A DNA stretch of 64,000 nucleotides from Kiritimatiellia bacterium (GTDB taxonomy: Bacteria; Verrucomicrobiota; Kiritimatiellia; RFP12; JBMNHG01), in contig JBMNHG010000008.1 of assembly GCA_050950285.1 (NCBI GenBank), positions 186,001 to 250,000 of the forward strand, given 5' to 3'. A program made the translations under genes and the position numbers. Below the pieces are notes generated by a model. It was not told where the DNA came from. It did not search any database and saw only the letters and a list, made by a program, of their open reading frames with translations. Positions 17,917-27,980 of the stretch are shown one piece after another (the stretch's first letter is position 1; every line of letters begins with the position of its first letter).

Positions 17917-18933
17917 TCAGGTGCCTTCGGGCGCCAGCTTGAAGGTGCAGGTGACAATGGTGCCCTTGCCGACGGTGGAGGCGATTTCGAACTCGTCGGA
18001 AACGCGCTTCGAGTTGGCAAGGCCCATGCCGGCGCCGAAGCCCATCGACCGGATCCAGTCGTTGGCCGTGGACGAGCCGTCGCGGCAGGCCCATTCGACG
18101 TCTTCGATGCCGGGGCCGGAGTCCTTGGCCACGATCATCACGCTGTCTTTCGAGAGGATGAAGGTGAGCGTGCCGCCCACCGAGTGGATGCAGATGTTGA
18201 TCTCGAGCTCGTAGGCGGCCACGGCGACACGGCGTATGAGGCGGTTGTCGAGCTTGTGGTCCTGGAGCATCTTCTTGATGGTGGCGGCGGCCTTCCCGGC
18301 GTTCGAGAGGTCGTTGCGCACCACGACGAACTGGCGCATCTCGTAGTAGGGGAGGCCGGCGTCGTCGAAGCGTTTGTCTTCGGTGGCTTTCTTCTTCTCC
18401 AGCCGGTCGATTTCGCGGGAGAGTTCCATGAGGAGGGCGCGGGTGATGTCGCGCTGGGAGACGAGTCCCACGAGACGGCGGGACTTGTCGAGCACGGGGA
18501 AGCGGCCGAAGGTGTAGTTGTGGAAGAATTTGAGGGCGAAGGCGAGCGGCATGTCCTCCTCGAGCACGACGAGGCTCGTGGACATGTGCTTTCCGCAAGG
18601 CTCCTGGATCCAGCCGCCCTCGATGGCGCCGATGATGTCGTTCATCGAGACGATGCCGAAGAGCCGTCCGTTCTCCGCGATGGGCACGCCGGAGATGTTG
18701 TTTTCCTTCATCTTCTGCTGGGCGTCGCGCATGGTCTCGGCGCGGGTGCAGGAGATGATGGCGTCGGCCTTTTTCATCACGTCCTTCACGCGCAGGCGCT
18801 GGAGGAGCTCCATGATGACGGTCGGCGAATTCCCGGCGCCGCCGAAGAATTCGCCTGGGGAGGCGGCGATGATGTCGTCGTCGCTGGCATCCCGGCTGGG
18901 CAGGATGACGGGCTTGAAGGGGGCCTCGGACAT
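17917..18933 (-). CDS. CBS-pair domain fused to an RsbT-like anti-sigma Ser/Thr kinase (HATPase) domain
   Basis: VKDVM...ISGVPI...GIVSMNDI and RFPVLD...GLVSQRDI CBS repeats; AAYELEINICIHS, DSGPGI, MGFGAGMGLAN, STVGKGT ATPase boxes. Confidence 0.88.
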   Translation of the reverse strand: MSEAPFKPVILPSRDASDDDIIAASPGEFFGGAGNSPTVIMELLQRLRVKDVMKKADAIISCTRAETMRDAQQKMKENNISGVPIAENGRLFGIVSMNDIIGAIEGGWIQEPCGKHMSTSLVVLEEDMPLAFALKFFHNYTFGRFPVLDKSRRLVGLVSQRDITRALLMELSREIDRLEKKKATEDKRFDDAGLPYYEMRQFVVVRNDLSNAGKAAATIKKMLQDHKLDNRLIRRVAVAAYELEINICIHSVGGTLTFILSKDSVMIVAKDSGPGIEDVEWACRDGSSTANDWIRSMGFGAGMGLANSKRVSDEFEIASTVGKGTIVTCTFKLAPEGT

Positions 18934-18938
18934 GGCCT

Positions 18939-19283
18939 TCAGGCGTTCGTTTCGGCCTCGAGCACGGCGTGGAGCCGCACGCAGCTGTCGTACTTCGTGA
19001 GGGGGCTGGAGACGAGCGGTACGCCGAGGGACTCCGCGGCCTTGCACATGGCCTCGGGGAGGGGCTTGGCGTTGTGCACCACGACACCCATGGCACCCAC
19101 GATGTGCGCGGTGCGGATGGACTGCTCGGAGGCGAGGGAGGTGAGCAGGAGGATGTTGTCCTCGTCGAAGAGCAGCACATCGCTCATCAGGTCGCTCGCG
19201 ACCACCGCTCCGACGGGGCGCGGATCGTCCGCGCCCGTCACGACGGTGCCTTGGAGCACTTCGGCAACTTTCTGGATGGTCAT
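18939..19283 (-). CDS. DRTGG-domain protein
   Basis: ASDLMSDVL, LLLTSL...QSIRTA, YDSCVRL; usual partner of RsbT-like/CBS genes. Confidence 0.85.
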   Translation of the reverse strand: MTIQKVAEVLQGTVVTGADDPRPVGAVVASDLMSDVLLFDEDNILLLTSLASEQSIRTAHIVGAMGVVVHNAKPLPEAMCKAAESLGVPLVSSPLTKYDSCVRLHAVLEAETNA

Positions 19284-19361
19284 GGGGTCTCTTTTTCCGA
19301 TGGTCAAGGGATGTTCCGCAGCCCGTGCGCGGTGGCGGCGGCGGAAAAGAAGGGCGGGGCG

Positions 19362-20249
19362 CTACAGGGCGTCGTCGTCGGGATCCATGGCGAGCAGCTG
19401 CTTGAGGTAGCGGCCGTAGTCGTTGTTCGCCATGGCCTGCGCGCGGGCGGCGAGGGCGTCGTCGTCGATCCAGCCCTTGTGGTAGCCGATTTCCTCGAGG
19501 CAGGCGACTTTGAGCCCCTGGCGCACCTGGACGGTCTGCACGAAGTTTCCGGCCTGGAGGAGCGACTCGTAGGTGCCGGTGTCGAGCCAGGCGACGCCGC
19601 GCCCGAGCACGCCCACGCGGAGGCGGCCCTGTTCGAGGTAGAGGCGGTTGAGGTCGGTGATTTCGAGTTCGCCGCGGGGGGAGGGGCGGAGCCGGGCGGC
19701 GAGGTCCGCCACGTCCGGGCCGTAGAAGTAGAGCCCGGGCACGGCGAAGGGCGATTTCGGCTTGGCGGGCTTCTCTTCGAGGGAGATGGCCCGGCCGTCG
19801 CCGTCGAACTCCACCACGCCGTAGCGTTCGGGGTCGGACACGCGATAGCCGAAGATCTGCGCGCCATCGGTGAGGGTGCCCGCCTGGCGCAGCAGGTTCG
19901 ACATCCCCTGGCCGTAGAAGATGTTGTCGCCCAGCACGAGCGCCACCGGTTCGCCGCCGATGAATTCGCGGCCGATGAGGAAGGCCTGCGCGAGGCCTTC
20001 GGGGCGCGGCTGCTCCGCATAGGAGAACGAGACGCCAAAGTGCGAGCCGTCGCCCAGCAGTTCGCGGAAGCGCGGAAGGTCGGTGGGCGTGCTGATGACG
20101 AGAATCTCCCGGATGCCCGCGAGCATGAGCACGGACAGCGGATAGTAGATCATCGGCTTGTCGTAGACCGGCAGGAGTTGCTTGCTCACCGCGAAGGTGA
20201 TCGGATGGAGCCGCGAGCCGGCGCCGCCTGCGAGAACAATGCCTTTCAT
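19362..20249 (-). CDS. rfbA: Glucose-1-phosphate thymidylyltransferase
   Basis: [63 protein letters not shown]. Confidence 0.96.
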   Translation of the reverse strand: MKGIVLAGGAGSRLHPITFAVSKQLLPVYDKPMIYYPLSVLMLAGIREILVISTPTDLPRFRELLGDGSHFGVSFSYAEQPRPEGLAQAFLIGREFIGGEPVALVLGDNIFYGQGMSNLLRQAGTLTDGAQIFGYRVSDPERYGVVEFDGDGRAISLEEKPAKPKSPFAVPGLYFYGPDVADLAARLRPSPRGELEITDLNRLYLEQGRLRVGVLGRGVAWLDTGTYESLLQAGNFVQTVQVRQGLKVACLEEIGYHKGWIDDDALAARAQAMANNDYGRYLKQLLAMDPDDDAL

Positions 20250-20363
20250 GGGGGGTGCTCCTTGAAGATGCGAGTCGTGTCGTGTGGAGGCGAGGGTAGC
20301 AAGGAAAGCCGAAAAGGTAAAGCGCGGACAGCGCCCCGAACGCGGCGGCACGCCCGGCCCCGG

Positions 20364-22934
20364 CTAGTTCGCGACGATGTTCACCAGACGCCCGGGAACC
20401 GCCACCACCTTGCGGACGGTCTTGCCCTCAATGGCGGCCCGGACGCGCTCGTCCGCGAGGGCGAGCTCTCCGAGCCTCTTCTCGTCGACGTCCGAGGGCA
20501 CCATGATGCGCGCCTTGGGCTTGCCGAGAACCTGCACGAGGATCTCCACTTCGTCCACCTTGAGATATTCTTCATTGTACTCGGGCCAGGGCTCGTAGGC
20601 GAGCGTCTTGTCGTGCCCCAGACGCTCCCAAAGCTCTTCGCCCAGATGCGGCGCGAACGGGGACAGCAGCAGCACGAAGGTCTCCGCCGCCTCGCGCGGC
20701 AGCGGCTTGGCGTTGCCGGAGAAGCCATTGACGAAGATCATCATCTGGCTGATGGCCGTATTGAAACTCATCGCCTCAAGATCGTCCGTCACCTTTTTGA
20801 TGGTGGCGTGCAGCAGACGGCGCTGCTCCGCGTCCGGCGGGTCATCCGTGATCGGCTGCTCCACAACCATGCGGAAGGCGCGCCTGAGAAAACGGAACAC
20901 GCCCTCCACGCCTTGGGTGTTCCAAGGCTTGACCGCCTCCAGCGGCCCCATGAACATCTCGTACAGGCGCATGCTGTCCGCGCCGTACTCGCGGATGACA
21001 TCGTCGGGGTTGACCACATTCTTCAGCGACTTGGACATCTTGGCCGGGAACTCGACGAGCTTCTCGCCGGTCTCGGTATGGAAGGCACCCTCGGTGCGTT
21101 GCTCCACCAGTTCCATCGGCACCAGCGCACCGCGCGCGTCCTTGTAGGAGAGCCCCAGAATCATGCCTTGGTTCACCAGCTTCTGGAACGGCTCGGGGGT
21201 TGACACATAGCCCAGATCGAACAGCACCTTGTGCCAGAAGCGGGCGTAGAGCAGGTGCAGTACCGCGTGTTCCGCACCGCCGACGTACAGGTCCACCGGC
21301 ATCCAATACTTTTCTTTGTCCGTATCGAACGCGGCACACTCGTTGCGCGGATCGATGTAGCGCAGATAGTACCAGCAGGAGCCCGCCCACTGCGGCATCG
21401 TGTTGGTCTCGCGCCGCCCCTTCGCGCCGGTGACCGGATCGGTGTAATCAAGCCACGCGCCGGCCTTTGCGAGCGGCGGCTCGCCGGTGCCGGTGGGCTT
21501 GTAGTCCTCCAACTCGGGCAGGAGCAGCGGCAGATCATTATCATCCACCAGACGGATGGAGCCATCCTCCATGTGAATCACTGGGAAGGGCTCGCCCCAG
21601 TAGCGCTGCCGACTGAAGAGCCAGTCGCGCAGTTTGTACTTCACCGCCGCCTTGCCGACCCCGCGCGCGGCCAGCCATTCGGTGGTCACGCGCATGGAAT
21701 CCGCGACGGCCATGCCGTTGATATCGAGTCCCTCGGAGTTCGCCGAGCCGATCATGCGGCCATTGCCGGTCCAGCAGACACGGCCGGCCAGCACGTCATC
21801 CACCGATACGCCTTCAGCCGCCGCCTCGTCCGCGTCGGGCTCGATGATGCAGATGATCGGCAGCTTGAAGGTCTGGGCGAACTCAAAGTCACGCGTGTCA
21901 TGCGCCGGCACGGCCATGATCGCGCCCGTACCGTAGCTGATCAGCACGTAGTCAGCGATCCAGATGGGAATCTCTCCGCCGGTCACGGGATTGACCGCAT
22001 ATGCACCGGTGAAGACACCGGTCTTCTCGGTGCTCAGTTCAGTGCGATCCATGTCGCTCTTACGCGCGGCCTCCTCGCGGTAGCGGTCGACGTCGGCCCG
22101 CTGCGCGTCGGTCGTAATGCGCGTCACCAGCGGATGCTCGGGCGCCAGCACCATGTAGGTCGCGCCGAACAGGGTGTCGGGACGCGTGGTGTACACCGTG
22201 ACCTTTTCGTCGCATCCCGCGATTGTGAAATCGACCTCCGCGCCCTCCGATTTGCCGATCCAGTTGCGCTGCATCTCCTTGATGCCTTCCGGCCAGTCCA
22301 GTCCGTCCAGATCCGCCAGCAGGCGCTCGGCATACTCCGTGATGCGCAGCATCCACTGGCGCATCGGCCTGCGGATCACCGGGTGGTTGCCGCGTTCGCT
22401 GCGTCCGTCGATCACCTCTTCGTTGGCGAGCACCGTGCCGAGTGCGGGGCACCAGTTCACCGGCACCTCGGCCATGTAGGCGAGTCCCTTCTTGTAAAGC
22501 TGCGTGAAAATCCACTGCGTCCACTTGTAGTAGCCGGGATCGGTGGTGTTCACCTCGCGATCCCAATCGTAACTGAATCCCAGCGCTTTGATCTGCTGGC
22601 GGAAACGATTGACATTGCGTTCGGTCGTGATCGCGGGATGCGTACCGGTCTCGACCGCATACTGCTCGGCCGGCAGACCGAATGCGTCCCAGCCCATCGG
22701 ATGCAGCACGTTAAAGCCGCGCATGCGCTTGTACCGGCAAAGGATGTCCGTCGCCGTATAGCCTTCGGGATGGCCGACATGCAATCCCGAGCCGCTCGGA
22801 TACGGAAACATATCGAGACAATAGAACTTCGGCTTGCCCGCTTCAAAGTCATTCACCTTGAAGGTTTTGTTCGTCTCCCAATACGTCTGCCATTTTTTTT
22901 CAATCGCGGTGAAATCATACTCATTCGTCGTCAT
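20364..22934 (-). CDS. leuS: Leucine--tRNA ligase
   Basis: [14 protein letters not shown] (HIGH), YTTRPDT and [12 protein letters not shown] (CP1 editing), [18 protein letters not shown]-terminal LVNIV. Confidence 0.97.
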   Translation of the reverse strand: MTTNEYDFTAIEKKWQTYWETNKTFKVNDFEAGKPKFYCLDMFPYPSGSGLHVGHPEGYTATDILCRYKRMRGFNVLHPMGWDAFGLPAEQYAVETGTHPAITTERNVNRFRQQIKALGFSYDWDREVNTTDPGYYKWTQWIFTQLYKKGLAYMAEVPVNWCPALGTVLANEEVIDGRSERGNHPVIRRPMRQWMLRITEYAERLLADLDGLDWPEGIKEMQRNWIGKSEGAEVDFTIAGCDEKVTVYTTRPDTLFGATYMVLAPEHPLVTRITTDAQRADVDRYREEAARKSDMDRTELSTEKTGVFTGAYAVNPVTGGEIPIWIADYVLISYGTGAIMAVPAHDTRDFEFAQTFKLPIICIIEPDADEAAAEGVSVDDVLAGRVCWTGNGRMIGSANSEGLDINGMAVADSMRVTTEWLAARGVGKAAVKYKLRDWLFSRQRYWGEPFPVIHMEDGSIRLVDDNDLPLLLPELEDYKPTGTGEPPLAKAGAWLDYTDPVTGAKGRRETNTMPQWAGSCWYYLRYIDPRNECAAFDTDKEKYWMPVDLYVGGAEHAVLHLLYARFWHKVLFDLGYVSTPEPFQKLVNQGMILGLSYKDARGALVPMELVEQRTEGAFHTETGEKLVEFPAKMSKSLKNVVNPDDVIREYGADSMRLYEMFMGPLEAVKPWNTQGVEGVFRFLRRAFRMVVEQPITDDPPDAEQRRLLHATIKKVTDDLEAMSFNTAISQMMIFVNGFSGNAKPLPREAAETFVLLLSPFAPHLGEELWERLGHDKTLAYEPWPEYNEEYLKVDEVEILVQVLGKPKARIMVPSDVDEKRLGELALADERVRAAIEGKTVRKVVAVPGRLVNIVAN

Positions 22935-23033
22935 AACCGGTTCCCATGGGTTAAAGAAAGCGGCATTGTAGCACGCAGCCCGCGAAACACCGAGAGAAAA
23001 AGAGAAGTTCCGGCAATCGGCGCGGTTAGCCTT

Positions 23034-23054
23034 GTAATCGGTTGGTGACAGGGG
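23034..23054 (+). repeat. 21-bp direct repeat, copy 1 (GTAATCGGTTGGTGACAGGGG)
   Basis: Exact match to 55455-55475. Confidence 0.85.
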
Positions 23055-23533
23055 TGTGCAAGGCAGAGCGAGGTGAAGCGGAAGTCTGGCGGCAGAATTC
23101 AACGCAATTGAACGGCGTTCTTTGGTTTCATGCAGTGCTCGGAAATTTTAACGAAGAGGCGCAGAGATTTTTAGGGCGCTGCCCGTTTTTCACGCGAAGG
23201 CGCGAAGCTTGATGTGCGGCGTCTTGCGGAACGCAGGGAGGGACAAATGCCACTTGTCCGGGCCGCGCTATGCGCGGTGAAAGCCGTACACAACGCAACG
23301 TTTCATGTTCACGTACGAACGAGGCACCAATCCCGATAGCGATCCCGATCCGCAAGTCTGGTGAACGGATTTGTGCGGCGGCAAGCGATATTCCGCACGA
23401 CGTCGCTTTGTGGCAAGATCACTAAGGCCGATAGATGCGAAAACGTAGTACCATGGCATTACCAAGGTGATTCTCAATGATTTCTTAAAATCAATCAGAA
23501 TGTCTAATGTCAAATTACAACCCCCATTCCCTC

Positions 23534-23674
23534 TTCATCTACATCCCCATGCCGCTCGCGGCGGCGCTGGGGGTGGAGGGCGGCGAGGAGGTGACTTGGG
23601 AGTTGCTCGACCGAAAGGAACTTCACCTTGTGCGCACGGCCCCACCGCCGCTCAGGGCGAGGAAACGGAGATGA
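23534..23674 (+). pseudogene. 5'-truncated AbrB/MazE-like small DNA-binding protein fragment
   Basis: Reads FIYIPMPLAAALGVEGGEEVTWELLDRKELHLVRTAPPPLRARKRR*, a swapped-hairpin pattern; N-terminal strand missing; bracketed by CTAATGTCAAA(T/C)TAC direct repeats. Confidence 0.55.
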
Positions 23675-23787
23675 TGAAGGGCGGCTTGCGGCTATGCCGT
23701 CTGCCGCCCGACTTTTTCAGCGCAACCTAATGTCAAACTACGATCCCGTTTCTCCCCTAAAAGAAAATGCCATGCGACCCCCGCTCT

Positions 23788-23843
23788 GAAATTTTTCAGG
23801 GAAATTTTCAGGGTTGACTCCCCCCCCCCCCGCATAATACGAT
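23788..23843 (+). promoter_or_regulatory. Putative promoter with a C12 homopolymer in the -35/-10 spacer and tandem upstream repeats
   Basis: GAAATTTT(T)CAGG twice (23788-23812), TTGACT (23814-23819), C12 (23820-23831), CATAAT (23833-23838) or TACGAT (23838-23843). Confidence 0.6.
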
Positions 23844-23921
23844 ATGCGCCGACTATGGGCACAAGTGGGTTGCTGGTCTACCCTACGGACTGGTAGTGGT
23901 ACAGAAAGTTGGAGGTCTGGA

Positions 23922-24317
23922 ATGCAAATCAAGAATGCGTCATTGAAAGGGAGAAGCTGGGGCATCTGCATAATAGTAGCAGTTGCAATGTTCTGTCTCT
24001 GCGGCTGTATGGGACCACACGTGGGGATTACGGACAGCGCCCTCTTCAACGCACAGTCCTTTTCGGCGCCAAACGTTGATGTGGTTCGCTTGCCAAACTA
24101 CCCGGTAGCCATGATCATGGCCGACTATCCCGTCGTTGTACGGTTAGTTAACGAGACGTCGCATAAAGTCTTGGACGAGCAACGCATGAACATGCGTGCT
24201 GGAATCTGCGAGACGTTGAACTTTTCAAAACCAGAACTTACACCCGGACAATACAGAGTTGAACTGTTGCGCAACGGTGAAGTGGCTACGTCGCGATCAT
24301 TTTCGGTCGTCAAGTAA
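23922..24317 (+). CDS. Small lipoprotein, Ig-like fold
   Basis: RBS GGAGG; hydrophobic stretch with lipobox LCGC; C-terminal LTPGQYRVEL...SRSFSV; AT-richer than core genes. Confidence 0.75.
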   Translation: MQIKNASLKGRSWGICIIVAVAMFCLCGCMGPHVGITDSALFNAQSFSAPNVDVVRLPNYPVAMIMADYPVVVRLVNETSHKVLDEQRMNMRAGICETLNFSKPELTPGQYRVELLRNGEVATSRSFSVVK

Positions 24318-24342
24318 TATTGTCGAGGGAGATAACCCATTA

Positions 24343-24492
24343 CTAACCCGGCCACAAATAGCGCTGCGCACGTTGATTTAGGCATTGGGAGTCGGAATTT
24401 GGAGTTGGGAAAGGAGCACGGACATTCCTGTCCGTGTCACGGGTTGGAAAACCCGTGCCCCTGTTTTGCAGTATGAATAGTGGCTGAGTTAG
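24343..24492. mobile_element. 150-bp MITE, copy 1 (TA-flanked, IS630-like), containing two REP-like hairpins
   Basis: TIRs CTAACCCGGCCAC / GTGGCTGAGTTAG; TA on both sides; same length as and highly similar to 41967-42116. Confidence 0.85.
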
Positions 24493-24588
24493 TAGCCCAT
24501 AATCCAGAGACTTGCATCCGGTGTCGGAGGAGCGACACATCTCCCGCACCGAATCGGGACAACTGCGTTACCGGAAGGATGGACAAGC

Positions 24589-25287
24589 ATGAACATGACA
24601 GAAGAGGCAACACTTCAACTCCGAATTCGTCGAACAGTTGTGGCCGTTGTGATTACAACAGTGGTCAGCGGATGCGCAACATTCTCCGAAGAGGGCCGAG
24701 CGTGGGAACAGGCCAAAAGATACGATACGGTCACGGTATACGAACAGTTTTTAAGGGATTATCCAACCAGCTCATACAGATCGCAGGCAGAAACCCGTCT
24801 CGCGGCGTCTGTGGCGAAGCTCAATGCGGCCTTTCCAGACAAATGGCGTACTATACAGCAACTTACCTTCTCTAAGACCAATGCGTCATGGCTCATACAG
24901 CATATGATAATCCAAGGAAGGCTCTATGAGGACATTTTCTCTATGCCCATCCTTGAGTTTTGCGACACATACCCGACACGTCCGGAGACGGCAAAGTTAT
25001 TGCAGGAGTTTTTCTCCTATGCCACCGAGATCACACCGCCGAAACCTGGGTGTACAACAAGCGGTGTGCTGGGAAAGTTCTGGCCAAAAGACTTGCAATC
25101 CGGCACTATCATTGTGAATGGACAGCGCCACTGCAAATTTGTGTACCCGAATATCGACGTGATGGCTGTCGTTGTCGGTTCCCGCGGCAATCGCATGATT
25201 GAGATTTATCACGACAACAAGTTCTGGAGTCTATATGAGCAGAGCGGCAAGGGTATCGTTGCTTTGTCGTCATTGGGCAAACTTTAG
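24589..25287 (+). CDS. Hypothetical lipoprotein
   Basis: Lipobox VSGC after a hydrophobic stretch; AWEQA...YEQFLRDYPTS helical repeat motif; AT-richer. Confidence 0.7.
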   Translation: MNMTEEATLQLRIRRTVVAVVITTVVSGCATFSEEGRAWEQAKRYDTVTVYEQFLRDYPTSSYRSQAETRLAASVAKLNAAFPDKWRTIQQLTFSKTNASWLIQHMIIQGRLYEDIFSMPILEFCDTYPTRPETAKLLQEFFSYATEITPPKPGCTTSGVLGKFWPKDLQSGTIIVNGQRHCKFVYPNIDVMAVVVGSRGNRMIEIYHDNKFWSLYEQSGKGIVALSSLGKL

Positions 25288-25925
25288 AGTTTATCCGTAA
25301 ATAATGCCTTCATTTTCTCGCGCTTCCTCGTGAAAAGTTCGGGGATTGGGCAGTTCGGCAGTGCACAAGCGCTTTCAGGAGTGGGCCAGGGCGGGACTTT
25401 TCCTGGCGATCTGGCGCAAGGGGCTTGCCGAATACGATGAGCTTGAAGGCATAGCCTGGGAGTGGCAATCTGCCGACGGCACTATCAACAAAGCACCGCT
25501 GGCACGCGAATCCGTAGGGCCCAACCCAACGGATAGGGGAAAAATGGTGCCAAGCGCCACGTTCTCGTCGACGGGCGTGGCGTCCCGCTGTCGATCGTCG
25601 TAACCGGAGCCAACGTACATGACAGCAAGGGAATTGGCACGCTTCTCGCCGCCAAGGCAATGCAACAGCCCGGCTGCGGCGGCATGGTCGAAAACCTCTG
25701 TCTTGATGCAGGATATACGGGCAAAGGCGATATCGTGGTCGCGTGGGGATATGTCCCGCACATTAGCCCGCGAAACAAAGAGGCTGCCGAAATCAAGCGC
25801 AATCCCGAGTTCAAGGCGCGAAGGTGGGTCGCAGAGGCAAACCACTCATGGACGAACCGCTTTCGGAAGATCGATAAGCGGCATGAGAAGACCGACCTTT
25901 CATATTGCGCGTTGCTATACCTGGG
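25285..25925 (+). mobile_element. IS5-family insertion sequence remnant (5' internal deletion, 3' end lost)
   Basis: End-like TAGAGTTTATCCGTAAA; VHKRFQEW...WEWQSADG...GPNPTDRGK, then a -1 shift at GGGGAAAAA (25536-25544) into GAKRHVLVDGRGVPL...GANVHD...LDAGY...RRWVAE..HSW.NRFR. Confidence 0.85.
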
Positions 25926-26324
25926 CGCAGTCCTTCCGGACAGCCTCCAGACAACCCTGCCAGCGGAAGGTCGGATCGGGCCGTTTGAGCAGAAAATCCA
26001 GATCCTCCGAAAATCGGCCGAGTTGATTGACGATCCGCAGGCAGGTGTCGCCGAGAAAGATCGCGTCGGCGAACAGGCCCGCCCGCGCGAGGCTGGCCAG
26101 CACAAACGGGTGCGGCTCGGTTTTGCGGTAAGGCGGTGCCAGTACAAAGAGCCCCGGCTTCAGGCGCAGGATTTCGCCGGCCTGCATCGCCCGATGCACC
26201 AGCAAGGAACGGGCGCCCGGGCTGGCGTCCGGGAAGAGATTCGCGACGACGGTCGTGTCAAAGAGCCCGCCCGGCGGCCCAGTCGAAAAACTTTATCCGT
26301 GAGTGTTTGCGTTCGCGCAGACAC
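25915..26324 (-). pseudogene. Collapsed type IV toxin-antitoxin locus: AbiEi-like antitoxin N-terminus fused to an AbiEii nucleotidyltransferase fragment
   Basis: LVHRAMQAGEILRLKPGLFVL...HPFVLA joined in frame to FLGDTCLR...RFSEDLDF; frameshift near 26280; truncated at the IS5 remnant. Confidence 0.75.
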
Positions 26325-26622
26325 ATTGCTCTTTTCGTAATCCAGGCGCAAGAACGATGTTTTTCGTTGATGTCGGCATTGCCAACATCAACGCCGGTTT
26401 GTCAGGTGGCGCACAGTTCAACTCGCTTTGGTTGCAGGTTTCATGGTTTCATCCAAATCGTGATCGTGATCATGATCGATTGTTTAACCACGGAATACAC
26501 CGAACACACGGAAAGACATCGACGAAACGAAAAGACGGATTACGCTTGACTCACCCGGATACTCATACTTCTATCGGCGAACGCCTGCACGCTGTACAAA
26601 TCAACCAAGGAGGTCTGAAGTG

Positions 26623-27099
26623 ATGAATGACAAGACCCAATGGACTGAAGCCGATTTTGAGGCAATGTCCTGGCACGACTGCCTGATCAACTCCATTGGT
26701 CTGGATCAGGATGGAGAGTGGCAGAGCGACCTCGTGCTCGAGCTCGACTATATCGTGGAGTGGCTTTGCGGGGTGGACAAACGATGTCGTTTCCGAGTCG
26801 CACCGGCGCTTCTGCGGTTCACGGATGTGGACAACCTGAGACTCGACATCTCGCTCAAGTTCGGGCAGCCGCTTGAAATCTACCACGTGGAGCGGACGGA
26901 ACTTCCGGCAACCGGGTACAAGAACGATCACTGGATTTTGACGCTACAGAACTATTCCGATCTGAAGAAGAACCTGATTGAGTTCGACGCAACCGGGTTC
27001 GTGCAGGAGTTGACCGGGAAGGCCATCGAGACTGAATCGCAGAACCTTACCAATGCTGAAAGGGCAGAATCGAGGAAAGAATGGCGAATTGAAGCCTGA
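26623..27099 (+). CDS. Conserved hypothetical protein
   Basis: RBS AAGGAGG; DFEAMSWHDC, LELDYIVEW, FRVAPALLRF; alternative GTG start at 26620. Confidence 0.75.
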   Translation: MNDKTQWTEADFEAMSWHDCLINSIGLDQDGEWQSDLVLELDYIVEWLCGVDKRCRFRVAPALLRFTDVDNLRLDISLKFGQPLEIYHVERTELPATGYKNDHWILTLQNYSDLKKNLIEFDATGFVQELTGKAIETESQNLTNAERAESRKEWRIEA

Positions 27100-27191
27100 A
27101 CGGTATGGCATGACATCACCCGATTTGCGCCTTCGAGGCGTCGTCATGATCCGAAAAAGGAGCAACCCCAACAAGGTGGAGAGGAATGGAT

Positions 27192-27980
27192 ATGAACGAA
27201 CACATGACGTTGGACGATCCGGCGGTAACACGAGCGCTCTTCCATCCACGGCAGGAAGACTATGGATATGTCCCGCAGGGCATGCCGACTGAAACGGGGT
27301 GCCGAGGCGCTACGGTGTGCGGCTACCTGCACGTGTGCTCCTCAAGCGACACTCTTCTGCTCTTCTTCCACGGCAACGGGGAGGTCGCGGCGGATTATGA
27401 TCCGCTCGCTTCCCTCTACACCGGCAACGGGGTCTCGCTCTGGGTTGTGGACTACCGAGGCTACGGTCGGAGCACCGGCACCCCCTCCTTCTCGCACATG
27501 CTTGCGGACGCCGAAGCGCTTCTTGACGACGTGCCGCGGCTCGAACGAAACTTGGGCAGGGCGTTCAAACGCATCATGGTCAAGGGACGATCGCTTGGCA
27601 GCGCCCCGGCCATCCATCTTGCCAGTCAACACTCGAACGCCCTGGCAGGCCTGATCCTCGACTCCGCCTACGCCGATGGATGGGCCCTCGTCCAGAGGCT
27701 GGGAGGCCCGAAGATCGCGCGGGAAGAGATGCCGGCGTTTCAGGACAACATCGACAAGATCCGCCACTGCAGGCTGCCGACCCTGCTGATCCACGGCACG
27801 GCGGATCGCATTATCCCGCTTGCGGACGCGCAGGCTCTTTTGCGGGCAAGCGGAAGCGAGCGGAAGCGGCTCGCCGCCATCGAAGGGGCGGGCCACAACA
27901 ACCTGCTTTGGGTCGGTTTCGAGGCGTACGACGAGGCGCTGCGCCAGTTCTTGACGGGCAGAATGAAGAATGAGGAATGA
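27192..27980 (+). CDS. Alpha/beta hydrolase
   Basis: FFHGNGE, DYRGYG, GRSLG nucleophile elbow, IHGTAD, GAGHN; alternative start 27186. Confidence 0.9.
   Translation: MNEHMTLDDPAVTRALFHPRQEDYGYVPQGMPTETGCRGATVCGYLHVCSSSDTLLLFFHGNGEVAADYDPLASLYTGNGVSLWVVDYRGYGRSTGTPSFSHMLADAEALLDDVPRLERNLGRAFKRIMVKGRSLGSAPAIHLASQHSNALAGLILDSAYADGWALVQRLGGPKIAREEMPAFQDNIDKIRHCRLPTLLIHGTADRIIPLADAQALLRASGSERKRLAAIEGAGHNNLLWVGFEAYDEALRQFLTGRMKNEE

Noticed and set aside
20720..22934. Horizontal replacement of part of leuS, suggested by more A/T-ending codons in its 5' region
   Set aside because: Impression by eye only; needs GC3 and segment phylogeny, and the protein is intact and ordinary.
24330..24575. Integron attC site (GATAAC...GTTAC) between the two lipoprotein genes, and a weaker one after 27099
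   Set aside because: Only the central hairpin pairs well; L boxes and the RYYYAAC/GTTRRRY cores are poor, and there is no integrase. IntegronFinder on the MITE-removed sequence would test it.
25660..26340. Intact 226-aa transposase ORF
   Set aside because: Only the first ~88 codons are IS5-like; the rest is the antisense of the AbiE remnant.
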